Assembly (NCBI GenBank): GCA_963830365.1
Contig: CAWHMU010000036.1
Coordinates: 64,884 to 128,883 of the forward strand
Length of the DNA stretch: 64,000 nucleotides
Direction: 5' to 3'
Origin: an uncultured Chlamydiae bacterium
Lineage (GTDB): Bacteria; Chlamydiota; Chlamydiia; Chlamydiales; Parachlamydiaceae
The notes under the pieces are model-generated. The model was given only the letters and a program-made list of their open reading frames with translations, had not been told where the DNA came from and searched no databases. The stretch's first letter is position 1. Every line of letters begins with the position of its first letter. The translations under genes were made by a program, and so were the position numbers. Of this stretch, positions 54,237-63,200 are shown piece after piece.

Positions 54237-55952
54237 TTATTCTTTAATAAGTCCCTGGCTTTTAGCCTTTTTCTTCCTTGTCTCAACTTGTGACTTGGTC
54301 AGTCCCGTTTTAATCATGATTTCTTTGATTGTAAGCCCCTCATTAATTGCCTCAGCAACCTCATTCAATTCGATGTCATCATCGGATTCGCCAATTTCCC
54401 ATTCCCATAGTCCATCGCTTTGTTCTTTTAACTGCACTTTAAAAGGGGCGGCGTCACTGCCGGCGAAATGTCTTGTCTTTTCGTAATGGATCTCAAAGCA
54501 AGCTCCTTGCTCTGTGCCATAACCTTGTGGCTGCTTAAGGGTTATCACAACATCGAGAATGTCTTCCCTTTTACTTGTGCCCCGCTGTTGGCCTGTTTTT
54601 CCGGCGTGATGAACAAAGAGAATTGATTTGCCTCGTCTTCGCATATCAAGAGCCCAGTCCTGAACTGGCTGCCAACTTTCGGCCTCGTTCTCGACTCCAG
54701 TGCGAAAAAGGGATGACAAATTATCGACAATAATTAATTCACTATCACCGATAAGTTCTTCTAAAAGGGCTCGTCCTTTTGTTGTAGATAAATCAGGCAA
54801 AGGTCCATCTTGAAGATCAGGAGTAATCAAGCGAAGATAATCTGGTGCAGGAGGTTTCTTGTCTTCAGTGAGAGAAATTCGCCTAAGTCTCTCCTGCATT
54901 GCTGCTGCAGGCATTTCACCGTCAATGTACAATACCTTCCGCGGCTTTTGTGCCTCCCATTTCAAAAAACGACCCCCTACCGCTACCGCATTAGCTATAC
55001 CCAGCGCTACATGCGTTTTCCCAACTCCTCGTTTTGCATATAGAAGACAAAGCCCCTGGCTTGGAAGAAAAGGTGTTAAGATCATTTCCCGCTCAGGTAA
55101 TTCCATCTTCAAAAAATCCTCGACAGTTACCGCCCGGATTTTCGCTTTTGCTCCTTGGGGTATGTAGTCAGGTGTTTTAGCAAGTATTTCTAAAAGTCTG
55201 GTCGAAGTGTTTCCAGAGGCCAACCAATCGCTAATATCCTTCCCATGTGATTCCTGATATTCTAGTCCCGGTAACGTCACAACCCAAAGACGCCTTACTC
55301 TTCCACTAAGCCTTTGGCACAACAGGTCACGTCTTTCAAAACCTGTTTTGTCCATATCGTAGAGAATTACTATGTCGGCATCTTTTAGAAATTCTGTGAA
55401 TTCATCAGGCCAAGAGAGAGAATCGATTGAGGTTGTCGCTGGAAGTCCGCATTCAAGAAGCTTATCAGCATCCTTTTCCCCTTCGACAAGGAAAATTGGC
55501 TTTTTATTGGAAATGGCATTTAAAAGCTCAGGCAATCGGTAGAGGACTTTTCTGCAACCCTTCAGATTTTTGATTGTTTGACCATTCTCAGTATGTTCAC
55601 AAAAGAAATCTTTAGCTTTTCCATTGAATCCAGGTTCAATGCGAACTTTTCTATAAAGCTCTTGTCCTTCCTCATCTTTATAGGAGTAAACAATACGCTT
55701 TGTTTCTCGGCGCTCATTTTTTGGTGTGCCAAATAGTTCGGCTACCTCTATGTTTAACGATCTGCAAATATCTTCGACAGAACATCCTGAGAAACATTTT
55801 AATAGAATTTTGCCGTCAGCAGCTTCGCCTACTGAAAAACTTGGACTCTCATCATCATGAGCAGGGCAGCAGGTCATATACCCGTGACTCGTTTTCTTGA
55901 GGTCTTTCCCTGTTTTTGATTTCAGAGTTTCAATAAACTCATTTAATTTCAT
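54237..55952 (-). CDS. Bifunctional primase / RecA-like (RepA/AAA_25) replication protein, P4-alpha-like, with C-terminal HTH
   Basis: CHC2-type zinc motif CCPAHDDESPSFSV...C..C, TOPRIM FLVEGEKDADKL..DMD, Walker A AKRGVGKTHV, Walker B LIIVDNL. Confidence 0.85.
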   Translation of the reverse strand: MKLNEFIETLKSKTGKDLKKTSHGYMTCCPAHDDESPSFSVGEAADGKILLKCFSGCSVEDICRSLNIEVAELFGTPKNERRETKRIVYSYKDEEGQELYRKVRIEPGFNGKAKDFFCEHTENGQTIKNLKGCRKVLYRLPELLNAISNKKPIFLVEGEKDADKLLECGLPATTSIDSLSWPDEFTEFLKDADIVILYDMDKTGFERRDLLCQRLSGRVRRLWVVTLPGLEYQESHGKDISDWLASGNTSTRLLEILAKTPDYIPQGAKAKIRAVTVEDFLKMELPEREMILTPFLPSQGLCLLYAKRGVGKTHVALGIANAVAVGGRFLKWEAQKPRKVLYIDGEMPAAAMQERLRRISLTEDKKPPAPDYLRLITPDLQDGPLPDLSTTKGRALLEELIGDSELIIVDNLSSLFRTGVENEAESWQPVQDWALDMRRRGKSILFVHHAGKTGQQRGTSKREDILDVVITLKQPQGYGTEQGACFEIHYEKTRHFAGSDAAPFKVQLKEQSDGLWEWEIGESDDDIELNEVAEAINEGLTIKEIMIKTGLTKSQVETRKKKAKSQGLIKE

Positions 55953-55965
55953 TGAAGTCCCTTTA

Positions 55966-56172
55966 TTAATCTTTAGAAGCTTGGCTTTCGATCCAATCGT
56001 CGAATAGATCTTTTCTTAGATAAAGGCGTTTGCCTATTTTGCGGATGGCGACTTCAAGGCCATTTTTGTGACGCATGATCAAATAATGACGCATTTGACC
56101 AAGGGAGAATGGATAGCTGCTCGATTCGGAGATTTGTTTGATACTTAAATATTGATAATCACTCATAGGCAC
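55966..56172 (-). CDS. AlpA/excisionase-family small DNA-binding protein
   Basis: 68 aa. YLSIKQISESS...LRKDLFDDWIES matches the MerR-like excisionase HTH layout. It sits between the primase and the integrase module. Confidence 0.65.
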   Translation of the reverse strand: MPMSDYQYLSIKQISESSSYPFSLGQMRHYLIMRHKNGLEVAIRKIGKRLYLRKDLFDDWIESQASKD

Positions 56173-56288
56173 ACCCTCGAATTGATTTGTTAGAGTTTGC
56201 GCCTAATGGTATTGAATGAAGCTGATTATCCTCTCACACTATGAGTGACACTTTTGTTTTTATAACGAAAACGACTGATTATTAATGG

Positions 56289-57413
56289 TTAATGTGTTAT
56301 TTGTGGCTGATATCGATGATCGAATTCAACTGGTTGAGAAAGGAAGGTTTTAAAAGTAATTTCACCTTGTGTTTGGTAAAAGTCGAGTTTTTGTATGGTA
56401 CGCCTTAAAACTCGATATAAGCTCTCGTCGGTACTTTGAAAAATTCTAGACCTTGGTTGTGCACCTGGAATTTCAGAAAGAGCTTTTAAAAAGTTCCATA
56501 TTGTTTCTGAACACGGCACAGGTAGCCAATCGAATATGGTCGGAAGAGAAAGTGAAGGAAGGTTCTTATCAGAGGGGTTCTCTAAAGCCTTTATAGGAAG
56601 GTTGAAAAGGTCATTCAAAGCTATGGGAAGCCGAAGACGGGAGCTCGTCAGGCATATCCAGCACATTCCAAGGGTTTCGGCTGCTCCCAATTTGGCATTT
56701 TGCCTACCGCATATTACTGTATTAACTAGTTCACGGATAATATCAGCTGCATTCATAATATAGATTGGAAAAACAGTTGGTGGAATTTTCCGGGCAATCT
56801 GTCCACAAGGAACCTCTTGGAATTCTGAAGTTAATGTTCCTGTTTTTACTTCTTTCAAAGTGGTGATTCTTCGAATTTCCATGTCTTCCGGGAAAATCAG
56901 TTCCAAAAATGCGATTTGTCTTTTGGAGATCGACTGGCGGAGGTGATTCAGAAAGCCGCTCAAGGCGCGTTCCCAAAAAAAGAGAAGCTTCTCTTTGTTT
57001 TCTACAATGTCTCGCAACCTGATGATATAATCGTACAGTGTTTCTCCTTTGTTAGGCTCCTCAAGATGATAATCAGCAAAGTCCACAGGATTAAGAAAAT
57101 ACTCGATATATTCGCTGTCAGGGGTAGCATTCTTTTCAATGTCCGTTTGCCAGTTACTATAGTGTGTAGAAGCCAAGCTTCTAGATGCTTCCGATTGATA
57201 GGGAATCTTAGGTAAAGGTGCCATCAAAACCGTTCCGATATCATCGGTGCCATAGATCCAACACCGAGCTAGTTCCTTTCGCCAGTTATCTTCCGATACA
57301 GGAGAAAAATCAGGATTAAGAGCCCGTGTGGTATCATAAAAGTGTTGTTTCTTTTCTAGGTCTGATTGGAATTGAAGTAAGATTCTTGTTAATCCATCAA
57401 GGTTGTATTTCAT
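56289..57413 (-). CDS. Hypothetical protein overlapping the integrase 3' end by 17 nt
   Basis: 374-aa ORF directly downstream of int. No recognisable catalytic motif. Confidence 0.5.
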   Translation of the reverse strand: MKYNLDGLTRILLQFQSDLEKKQHFYDTTRALNPDFSPVSEDNWRKELARCWIYGTDDIGTVLMAPLPKIPYQSEASRSLASTHYSNWQTDIEKNATPDSEYIEYFLNPVDFADYHLEEPNKGETLYDYIIRLRDIVENKEKLLFFWERALSGFLNHLRQSISKRQIAFLELIFPEDMEIRRITTLKEVKTGTLTSEFQEVPCGQIARKIPPTVFPIYIMNAADIIRELVNTVICGRQNAKLGAAETLGMCWICLTSSRLRLPIALNDLFNLPIKALENPSDKNLPSLSLPTIFDWLPVPCSETIWNFLKALSEIPGAQPRSRIFQSTDESLYRVLRRTIQKLDFYQTQGEITFKTFLSQPVEFDHRYQPQITH

Positions 57414-58476
57414 TTTTCCCTCTCAATAAGCGGTTTTCAATGGATTCACCGATAAAACGTGTTGCTTGTGCATCTAGGTGGGAATAGTGGTCGGTCATGC
57501 TGGCTGTAGCGTGCCCGAGTTGGGAACGGAGCTGCTGTCCGCTAGCACCCAATTGCCCACCAATAGAACAGAAGTGGTGTCTAAGTCCATGGAAAACGAA
57601 ATTATTGATTCCCGCGCGACTTAAAGCAGATTGCCATGCCTTCTTGATGTCGAGTCTTCCAAAGGTCGTTTTGCTGGCAAAAACCAAAGTCTTGGTTATA
57701 TCACGGATAATATAAAGGCGTTGAAGTTCTTGGATGACACTGTCAACTAGTCCCACACGGCGCGGGCGGCCATTTTTAGAGTCTTTGATATGGGCGAATC
57801 GATTTTCAAAATCGATGGAATCCCACGTTAAGTTTAAAATCTCACTTTTTCTGGCACCGGTCGTGATTGCCATTAATACGATGCAATAGAGGTATGGGTT
57901 TAGGCTTTGCCGGCATGCTTGAAGGAGTCGGTTCTCTTCATCATTGATGAGGGCGCGCCGTTCTTTCGGTTTGGTTTTTAACTGGAGCAAATTTATGCAT
58001 GGATTTTCATCGATCCAGCGAAGATTTTTGCATGCATATCTGAAAGCGCCGCCGAAAGTGGCAAAATATCGATTGACTGTTGCAGGATTGCGGCGCCCAC
58101 CTCGACTTGTAGGCGTCTCGGCTAGTTTTTTGCGCTCTTGTAAAAGTAGTTCTGGTGTGATGTACATCAGTGCATAATCACCAAGCTTTTCCCGGAAGTA
58201 ATTTAACTGTCGAATGGTGTCTCTGGCTGCTTTATGATGTCCGATCACAGCATCCTGGATGTAAACGTCGATGAGGCCGGCAACAGTCTTATTCTGTTTT
58301 GTTTGATTAGAGGTGTATTTGCCTCGCTTAATCTGTTGCTCGGTATCGTGGGCCCAATCATCCGCTTCTTGCTTGCGATCGAAATGTTCACAAACAGTGG
58401 GGTGACCTTTTATACGGATGACGGCGCGCCAAACTTTGGTGCCATTATTATTTGTTCTTTGGTAGATAGATGCCAT
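57397..58476 (-). CDS. int: Tyrosine-type site-specific integrase
   Basis: Catalytic residues in context: TTGARKSEILNL (R), HGLRHHFCS (H-x-x-R), MTDHYSHL (Y). N-terminal SAM-like arm domain. Adjacent to the tRNA 3' end. Confidence 0.92.
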   Translation of the reverse strand: MASIYQRTNNNGTKVWRAVIRIKGHPTVCEHFDRKQEADDWAHDTEQQIKRGKYTSNQTKQNKTVAGLIDVYIQDAVIGHHKAARDTIRQLNYFREKLGDYALMYITPELLLQERKKLAETPTSRGGRRNPATVNRYFATFGGAFRYACKNLRWIDENPCINLLQLKTKPKERRALINDEENRLLQACRQSLNPYLYCIVLMAITTGARKSEILNLTWDSIDFENRFAHIKDSKNGRPRRVGLVDSVIQELQRLYIIRDITKTLVFASKTTFGRLDIKKAWQSALSRAGINNFVFHGLRHHFCSIGGQLGASGQQLRSQLGHATASMTDHYSHLDAQATRFIGESIENRLLRGKNEIQP

Positions 58477-58623
58477 CTTAAACCCTTTGTTGATTTTGGT
58501 TTAAGCGGCTGGGGTGCTGGTAAAACTATTTTTCACTGCACCGTGATTGCACCGCGGCACATATTTTTAACTTAAGCGATGATATCGGATCAAGTTAAAT
58601 CGTGCTCACAAGTGCTTGTATGG

Positions 58624-58672
58624 GATTGCCTAAAACAGGAATCGAACCCGCGACCTGCGCGTTACGAATGCG
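58624..58672 (-). repeat. Proximal att-type direct repeat (within and just 3' of tRNA-Thr)
   Basis: Partner of 44012..44060 (48/49 identical). Confidence 0.9.
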
Positions 58673-58699
58673 CTGCTCTACCAACTGAGCTATTTAGGC
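58627..58699 (-). tRNA. tRNA-Thr (anticodon CGU)
   Basis: The minus strand reads GCCTAAATAGCTCAGTTGGTAGAGCAGCGCATTCGTAACGCGCAGGTCGCGGGTTCGATTCCTGTTTTAGGCA. It has a 7-bp acceptor, D arm GCTC/GAGC, anticodon loop TTCGTAA and T arm GCGGG-TTCGATT-CCTGT. It closely resembles E. coli thrW as I remember it. CCA is not encoded. Confidence 0.9.
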
Positions 58700-58798
58700 A
58701 TAGATAGAGTAGTGTAGGGTATTGTTGTTTTTTGGCCAATAGCAAGTTGTGTAGTATGAGTCTTCACCTTAATTCGCCGGGCTGTTAGGCTGGCGCAT

Positions 58799-59173
58799 AT
58801 GGAAGATATATATATTTTACAGATCGGTGAGGCCGATGGCCTCCATCTTAGTGCTGGGGGGCGCATGCAGGCTTTGGCCGCCGGCAGGGCGCTGGTCGGG
58901 CATGCCATCGCTTCGTTATGCTATAGTTCTTTTGGCGGGGCCAAAGAGACGGCTTTGATCGTGGCCGGGGTATGCCATTGCAGTCTGCATCCTTTAGACG
59001 ATTTTGAGGTGGCTTTGGCGCGGCCGGCGCCGCTATTATTTGTGTTGGCGCAAGCTGAGATGATGAATATGAGGAAGAAGGCTGGCTTAGAGAGCATTGA
59101 CTTCCCGGAGGCTACGCTCAGCCATGTGTATAAGCAGCTGGGAAAATGGACTGTCGAGGTGCTGCTGGCTTAG
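58799..59173 (+). CDS. Short histidine-phosphatase-like protein lacking the catalytic RHG motif
   Basis: IYILQIGEADG..LSAGGRMQALAAGRAL...CYSSFGGAKETALIV parallels the PGM/SixA pattern (l.RHGE...Ls..G..QA...g..L...ySS...RA.qTA), but RHG is replaced by QIG and the protein is only 124 aa. Confidence 0.35.
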   Translation: MEDIYILQIGEADGLHLSAGGRMQALAAGRALVGHAIASLCYSSFGGAKETALIVAGVCHCSLHPLDDFEVALARPAPLLFVLAQAEMMNMRKKAGLESIDFPEATLSHVYKQLGKWTVEVLLA

Positions 59174-59628
59174 TGTTCGCCAGGGCTTTTGTGGTTAACG
59201 ACCCAGTAGGCGATGGCGGTTGCCAGGACCATGGCGGCGAGGGCATAGACGTATTCGGGCGGGGTTGCCTTGTAATCCAAGATGATGACTTTCCGCGAGA
59301 TGGCGATGAGGGCGGTGGACAGCACCAGTTTAGCGTGCAGGGAGTCCTCTTTGAGATAGACGATGATGTTGTTAAAAACTTCGATGGCGATAAGTACGGC
59401 AATAAATGCGCCCAAGATGGTCAGAATGCCTTCCACATGCAGTAAGCCTAAGGGGACGCCGTTCATGGCCACTAAATTGTTGTATAGGATGTAAACAACA
59501 TCGACCAGGCTGGCCAAGATGACGACGATCATCAAGATAGCCAGAGCTTTGACACAGTAGATGACGATCTTATTCGAAAGAATGGGTAAGGGGATCTTCC
59601 TTCTTTTTAGTATCAGGAGGAAGCGCAA
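59170..59628 (-). CDS. PsiE-like (phosphate-starvation-inducible E family) membrane protein
   Basis: Four TM helices and the block LIAIEVFNNIIVYLKEDSLHAKLVLSTALIAISRKVIILD, typical of the PsiE family as I recall it. Confidence 0.5.
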   Translation of the reverse strand: MRFLLILKRRKIPLPILSNKIVIYCVKALAILMIVVILASLVDVVYILYNNLVAMNGVPLGLLHVEGILTILGAFIAVLIAIEVFNNIIVYLKEDSLHAKLVLSTALIAISRKVIILDYKATPPEYVYALAAMVLATAIAYWVVNHKSPGEH

Positions 59629-59804
59629 GCTCTTGATCAGACATGTGGATATCCTATTGTGTATTTCATCTTCTTTCTAGCATGAAGTGGCGATTTTAAA
59701 AATGTTTTTATTTTCGGTCTGCGCCGCACGCCTTTTCTAAAATGAGTCGATAGGGTATACTGTCTTTTTAAGTATTGATTTTCAATCAGGTGAGATAAAA
59801 TTCG

Positions 59805-61412
59805 ATGAATGTTTCTGCTGCAGATACACAACTGCGTGAACAAATTGCCAAACGGCGAACCTTTGCCATCATCAGTCATCCCGATGCCGGTAAGACGACC
59901 CTTACCGAAAAGCTGCTGCTTTATTCCGGCATGGTACATACTGCCGGCATGGTGCGTGGACGTAAAGGGCGCAAGGCAGCCACTTCGGACTGGATGGCCA
60001 TGGAGCAGGAGCGCGGCATTTCGATTACCGCCTCTGCCATGCAGTTCACCTATAAAGATACCATCATCAACGTGCTGGATACGCCGGGTCACGAGGACTT
60101 TTCTGAAGATACGTATCGCACCTTAACGGCTGCCGACTGCGCCATCATGGTGATCGATGCTGCCAAAGGCGTGGAAAAGCAGACGCGGAAGTTGTTTGAT
60201 GTCTGCCGCCTAAGGAAGATCCCGGTGCTGACCTTCATCAATAAAATGGATATGCCCGGACAAGACCCCTTGGATTTGATGAATGAAGTCGAAAACGTCC
60301 TGCAAATCAACTCTGCGGCCATTAATTGGCCCATCGGCACCGGCCGCCAATTCGCGGGCGTTTATGATAGGCCGTCGTCGGAGTGCTTGATTTTTACCAA
60401 GATATCTGTCGGTGGGGCGCAAAGGGCGGACATTGCGCGCTATAGCATCGACAGTGCTGAAATCCGCGAGTTGATTGGCGCTGACGAGGTGCAGAAGCTG
60501 AAGCAGGAGCTTGAGCTGCTCGACATGGCAGGCAACGCCTTTAGCCATGAAGAATTTCTGGCCGGCCGGGTCACACCAGTCTTTTTTGCTTCGGCCTTGA
60601 CGAATTTCGGGGTCGAGCCTTTCTTTGATGCTTTCATCCATTTGGCGCCCTGTCCGCAGCCGCGCATTGCCGATAGTCTGAAAGAAGGGGAGATCATCAT
60701 CGATCCGGCCGAACATTCCTTTAGCGCCTACGTGTTCAAAATCCAGGCCAATATGGACAAGCGGCACCGCGACAGCATGGCCTTTCTAAAGGTCTGCTCG
60801 GGTAAATTCGAACGGGATCTGGTTGTGAAACACCATCGGCTGGGACGCGAAGTGCGTCTGTCGCGGCCTCACGGTATGGTGGCTGGCGAGCGCACTACGC
60901 TGGATGCCGCCTATGCCGGCGACGTCATCGGCGTAATCAATCCGGGCGTCTTTGCTGTCGGCGACAGCATCTCATTGACCGGCGGTTTTAATTTCAAGCC
61001 GTTGCCGCAGTTCCAGCCCGAAATCTTTGCCAGGGTAACGCCGAAAGATATCGGCAAGCGCAAGTCGTTTGACAAGGGGTTGCTGCAGCTGGCAGAAGAA
61101 GGGGCCATCCAGTTGCTGAGACCGTTTGATTTGAGCGGCGATCTGATCTTTGCCGCCGTTGGACAACTGCAGTTTGAGGTGATGCAATACCGGCTGAAAG
61201 ATGAATATAGTGTCGAAACCTTGGTGAATGTGCTGCCGTACAAATGCAGCGCCTGGCTGGTCGGGGATATGCAAACCTTTAAGAAGCCATCCACGGCCAT
61301 GGTCGTGCGCGACCGTTGGGAGCGTCCGATGGTGCTCTTTGGAGAGCAGTGGGAGAAGCAATATGCCATCAAGCAGAACCCAGACCACCAACTGGTGGAT
61401 CTGCTCGTTTAA
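59805..61412 (+). CDS. prfC: Peptide chain release factor 3
   Basis: GTPase motifs RRTFAIISHPDAGKTTLTEKLL, LDTPGHEDF and INKMD. 535 aa. Family-typical throughout. Confidence 0.95.
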   Translation: MNVSAADTQLREQIAKRRTFAIISHPDAGKTTLTEKLLLYSGMVHTAGMVRGRKGRKAATSDWMAMEQERGISITASAMQFTYKDTIINVLDTPGHEDFSEDTYRTLTAADCAIMVIDAAKGVEKQTRKLFDVCRLRKIPVLTFINKMDMPGQDPLDLMNEVENVLQINSAAINWPIGTGRQFAGVYDRPSSECLIFTKISVGGAQRADIARYSIDSAEIRELIGADEVQKLKQELELLDMAGNAFSHEEFLAGRVTPVFFASALTNFGVEPFFDAFIHLAPCPQPRIADSLKEGEIIIDPAEHSFSAYVFKIQANMDKRHRDSMAFLKVCSGKFERDLVVKHHRLGREVRLSRPHGMVAGERTTLDAAYAGDVIGVINPGVFAVGDSISLTGGFNFKPLPQFQPEIFARVTPKDIGKRKSFDKGLLQLAEEGAIQLLRPFDLSGDLIFAAVGQLQFEVMQYRLKDEYSVETLVNVLPYKCSAWLVGDMQTFKKPSTAMVVRDRWERPMVLFGEQWEKQYAIKQNPDHQLVDLLV

Positions 61413-61429
61413 GCTAACGGTAATCCATT

Positions 61430-62953
61430 TCAATGTTTTTCCAGCCATAATGTATCTAGTTCGATGACGGGTATTTTTGGATTCAGCTGTGCGACTAGTT
61501 TGAGTGCTGTCGTAGAGGTGCCAATGACCACATTCGACTTTGAAAGCAAGACATTTTCCACAAGTTCGCGCTCTTCATTTTCCGCTAAGCAGGATTTGCC
61601 ATGGTCTGGTTTATAAAGGCAGATATTTGCAGAAACTGCCTCTCTCAGCACTTTGATAAGCTGTTCATCCTGCGTGACCACAAAGAGCTTATATTTTTTA
61701 TCGCCGAGTTTTTTAACCTGTTCCTTGATCCCTTGGAGAATCTGTTCATAAGGCACAGTCGTTTCCCAATGATAAGTGGATTTGACAAAATTGACTCCAA
61801 TGATGTGATAGCCATCGAACTGGCTTTGCACAAATTGATTTATCATTTCGTCAATATGCGGGCGAAATCTGATATGTTTTTTGATGAGTTGGTGTGCCCG
61901 ATCTTTGGGCATTTCAAACAAGTTAGTTGATCCTAGAACCGTCAGGTCTCTGAAAGGTAGTTTTAAAGGTTGAGGATTAGTTCCCACAGATAGCGGTAAG
62001 AAGTGGTACAGCCACCAATTGATACCTTTTCGATTTTTGTAGGCTTCTGTAAGAGGGAAATTTACTGTAAAATCAGAGAAGTCATTCTTCTCATGTCTAT
62101 CCAATAAAGCCAAAACGGTATTAATGGCATCGACAGGGTTATAAGCATGGCTGTCATAATTTTCACTAAAGCTTGTATTGAGGTGTACTGCTTGGATTGC
62201 CGGATTGAATCTCAGTGATGTGTCACTGAGGTTAGAGGCCATTTTGATCAGTTTAGAGCACTTTGCCAGCAATAAGCAGTCAAGCAGGGCATCTTCCCCT
62301 TTTTGATAGGAATGTTTATCTAATGAGATGTGAACAGGCAGTTTATTTTGTGATCTGATAGCGTCTGTGGCAATGATTTTCCCGGGAAATTTCTCATGCA
62401 TAAAGGAAAGAAAAGGTTTTTCGTCTGTGGCAACAAAAACTTTTGTGTTTTTTTTATGTTTGATGAATTCACCAATCTTATTGGCGACTTCGGCATAAGT
62501 CACTTCGGCGGCTTCACACTTTTTATCAGTTCCCCGGTAATGTACACCCACCACATGCTGGCCTTGAAAATGTTTTTTTACAAAATCGTTCAGCTTTGCT
62601 TTTATATGTGGCTTTAAATGAATATATCTTTTAATCAATTCATGGCCTCGATGTCGAGTCATGTCAAATTGAGCCATGAGTGAAAATGTGATTTTCTTAT
62701 ATGTAGGAAAGCGTTTTTCGTGATCTTTTGACCCTAAACGAATAGGTTCAAAGTAATATTGCCACCAATTTGAACCACGAGCTTGGTCGTAATAAAAACC
62801 TTGATCCTCAAAATCAACGACTAAGCCATTACAGTGCGGGCTCTTTTCATAGTGATCAAGAGCGCCAAGGACGGTGTTGAATACACTAAAAAAGCCCGGG
62901 TCATATACAGGATGGGTGAGTCTGTATGAGGCGGCGGCAAATGAGGAGCACAT
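61430..62953 (-). CDS. Hypothetical protein made of two tandem ~245-aa homologous halves (fucosyltransferase/NodZ-like glycosyltransferase signature in the first half only)
   Basis: Paired blocks: FNTVLGALDHYEKS / INTVLALLDRHEKN; GSNWWQYYFEPI / GINWWLYHFLPL; LIKRYIHLKPHIKAKLNDFVKKHFQGQHVVGVHYRGTDK / LIKKHIRFRPHIDEMINQFVQSQFDGYHIIGVNFVKSTY; KVFVATDE / KLFVVTQDE. Confidence 0.45.
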   Translation of the reverse strand: MCSSFAAASYRLTHPVYDPGFFSVFNTVLGALDHYEKSPHCNGLVVDFEDQGFYYDQARGSNWWQYYFEPIRLGSKDHEKRFPTYKKITFSLMAQFDMTRHRGHELIKRYIHLKPHIKAKLNDFVKKHFQGQHVVGVHYRGTDKKCEAAEVTYAEVANKIGEFIKHKKNTKVFVATDEKPFLSFMHEKFPGKIIATDAIRSQNKLPVHISLDKHSYQKGEDALLDCLLLAKCSKLIKMASNLSDTSLRFNPAIQAVHLNTSFSENYDSHAYNPVDAINTVLALLDRHEKNDFSDFTVNFPLTEAYKNRKGINWWLYHFLPLSVGTNPQPLKLPFRDLTVLGSTNLFEMPKDRAHQLIKKHIRFRPHIDEMINQFVQSQFDGYHIIGVNFVKSTYHWETTVPYEQILQGIKEQVKKLGDKKYKLFVVTQDEQLIKVLREAVSANICLYKPDHGKSCLAENEERELVENVLLSKSNVVIGTSTTALKLVAQLNPKIPVIELDTLWLEKH

Positions 62954-63200
62954 AAATATAAATCCTTTAAAACAGCTGTTTTGAATAAATATTTTAATTT
63001 TCCAGCGAAGTATTGCCTAAAGTTAGCGACAGTTCTTGAGGCTTGCGTGTTGTTGATGCCGTTCACAATGTGTTGTAAGTGTGGAATTGAAGTAAAGAAA
63101 AGTGTTTTCTTTACGAAATGGAATCTAGCACTGCGTTAGCTTTTTGTCTATGGCGATATGCTGTTTACGCCATTGGACTCTAATTGCAGGAGCTGCTCGT

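Larger units (their letters stand above)
44012..58699. mobile_element. Integrative genomic island (~14.7 kb) inserted in tRNA-Thr(CGU): integrase, excisionase-like, primase/helicase, type I R-M and uncharacterised cargo
   Basis: An intact tRNA sits at one end with an adjacent tyrosine integrase, and a 49-bp repeat of the tRNA 3' part sits at the other end. All 12 ORFs are on the minus strand. It looks AT-richer than the DNA right of the tRNA by eye. Confidence 0.85.

Noticed and set aside
59637-60092. 151-aa minus-strand ORF upstream of and overlapping prfC
   Set aside because: It is antisense to the unmistakable prfC N-terminal GTPase domain, and its translation is Gly/His/Arg-rich with no motifs.
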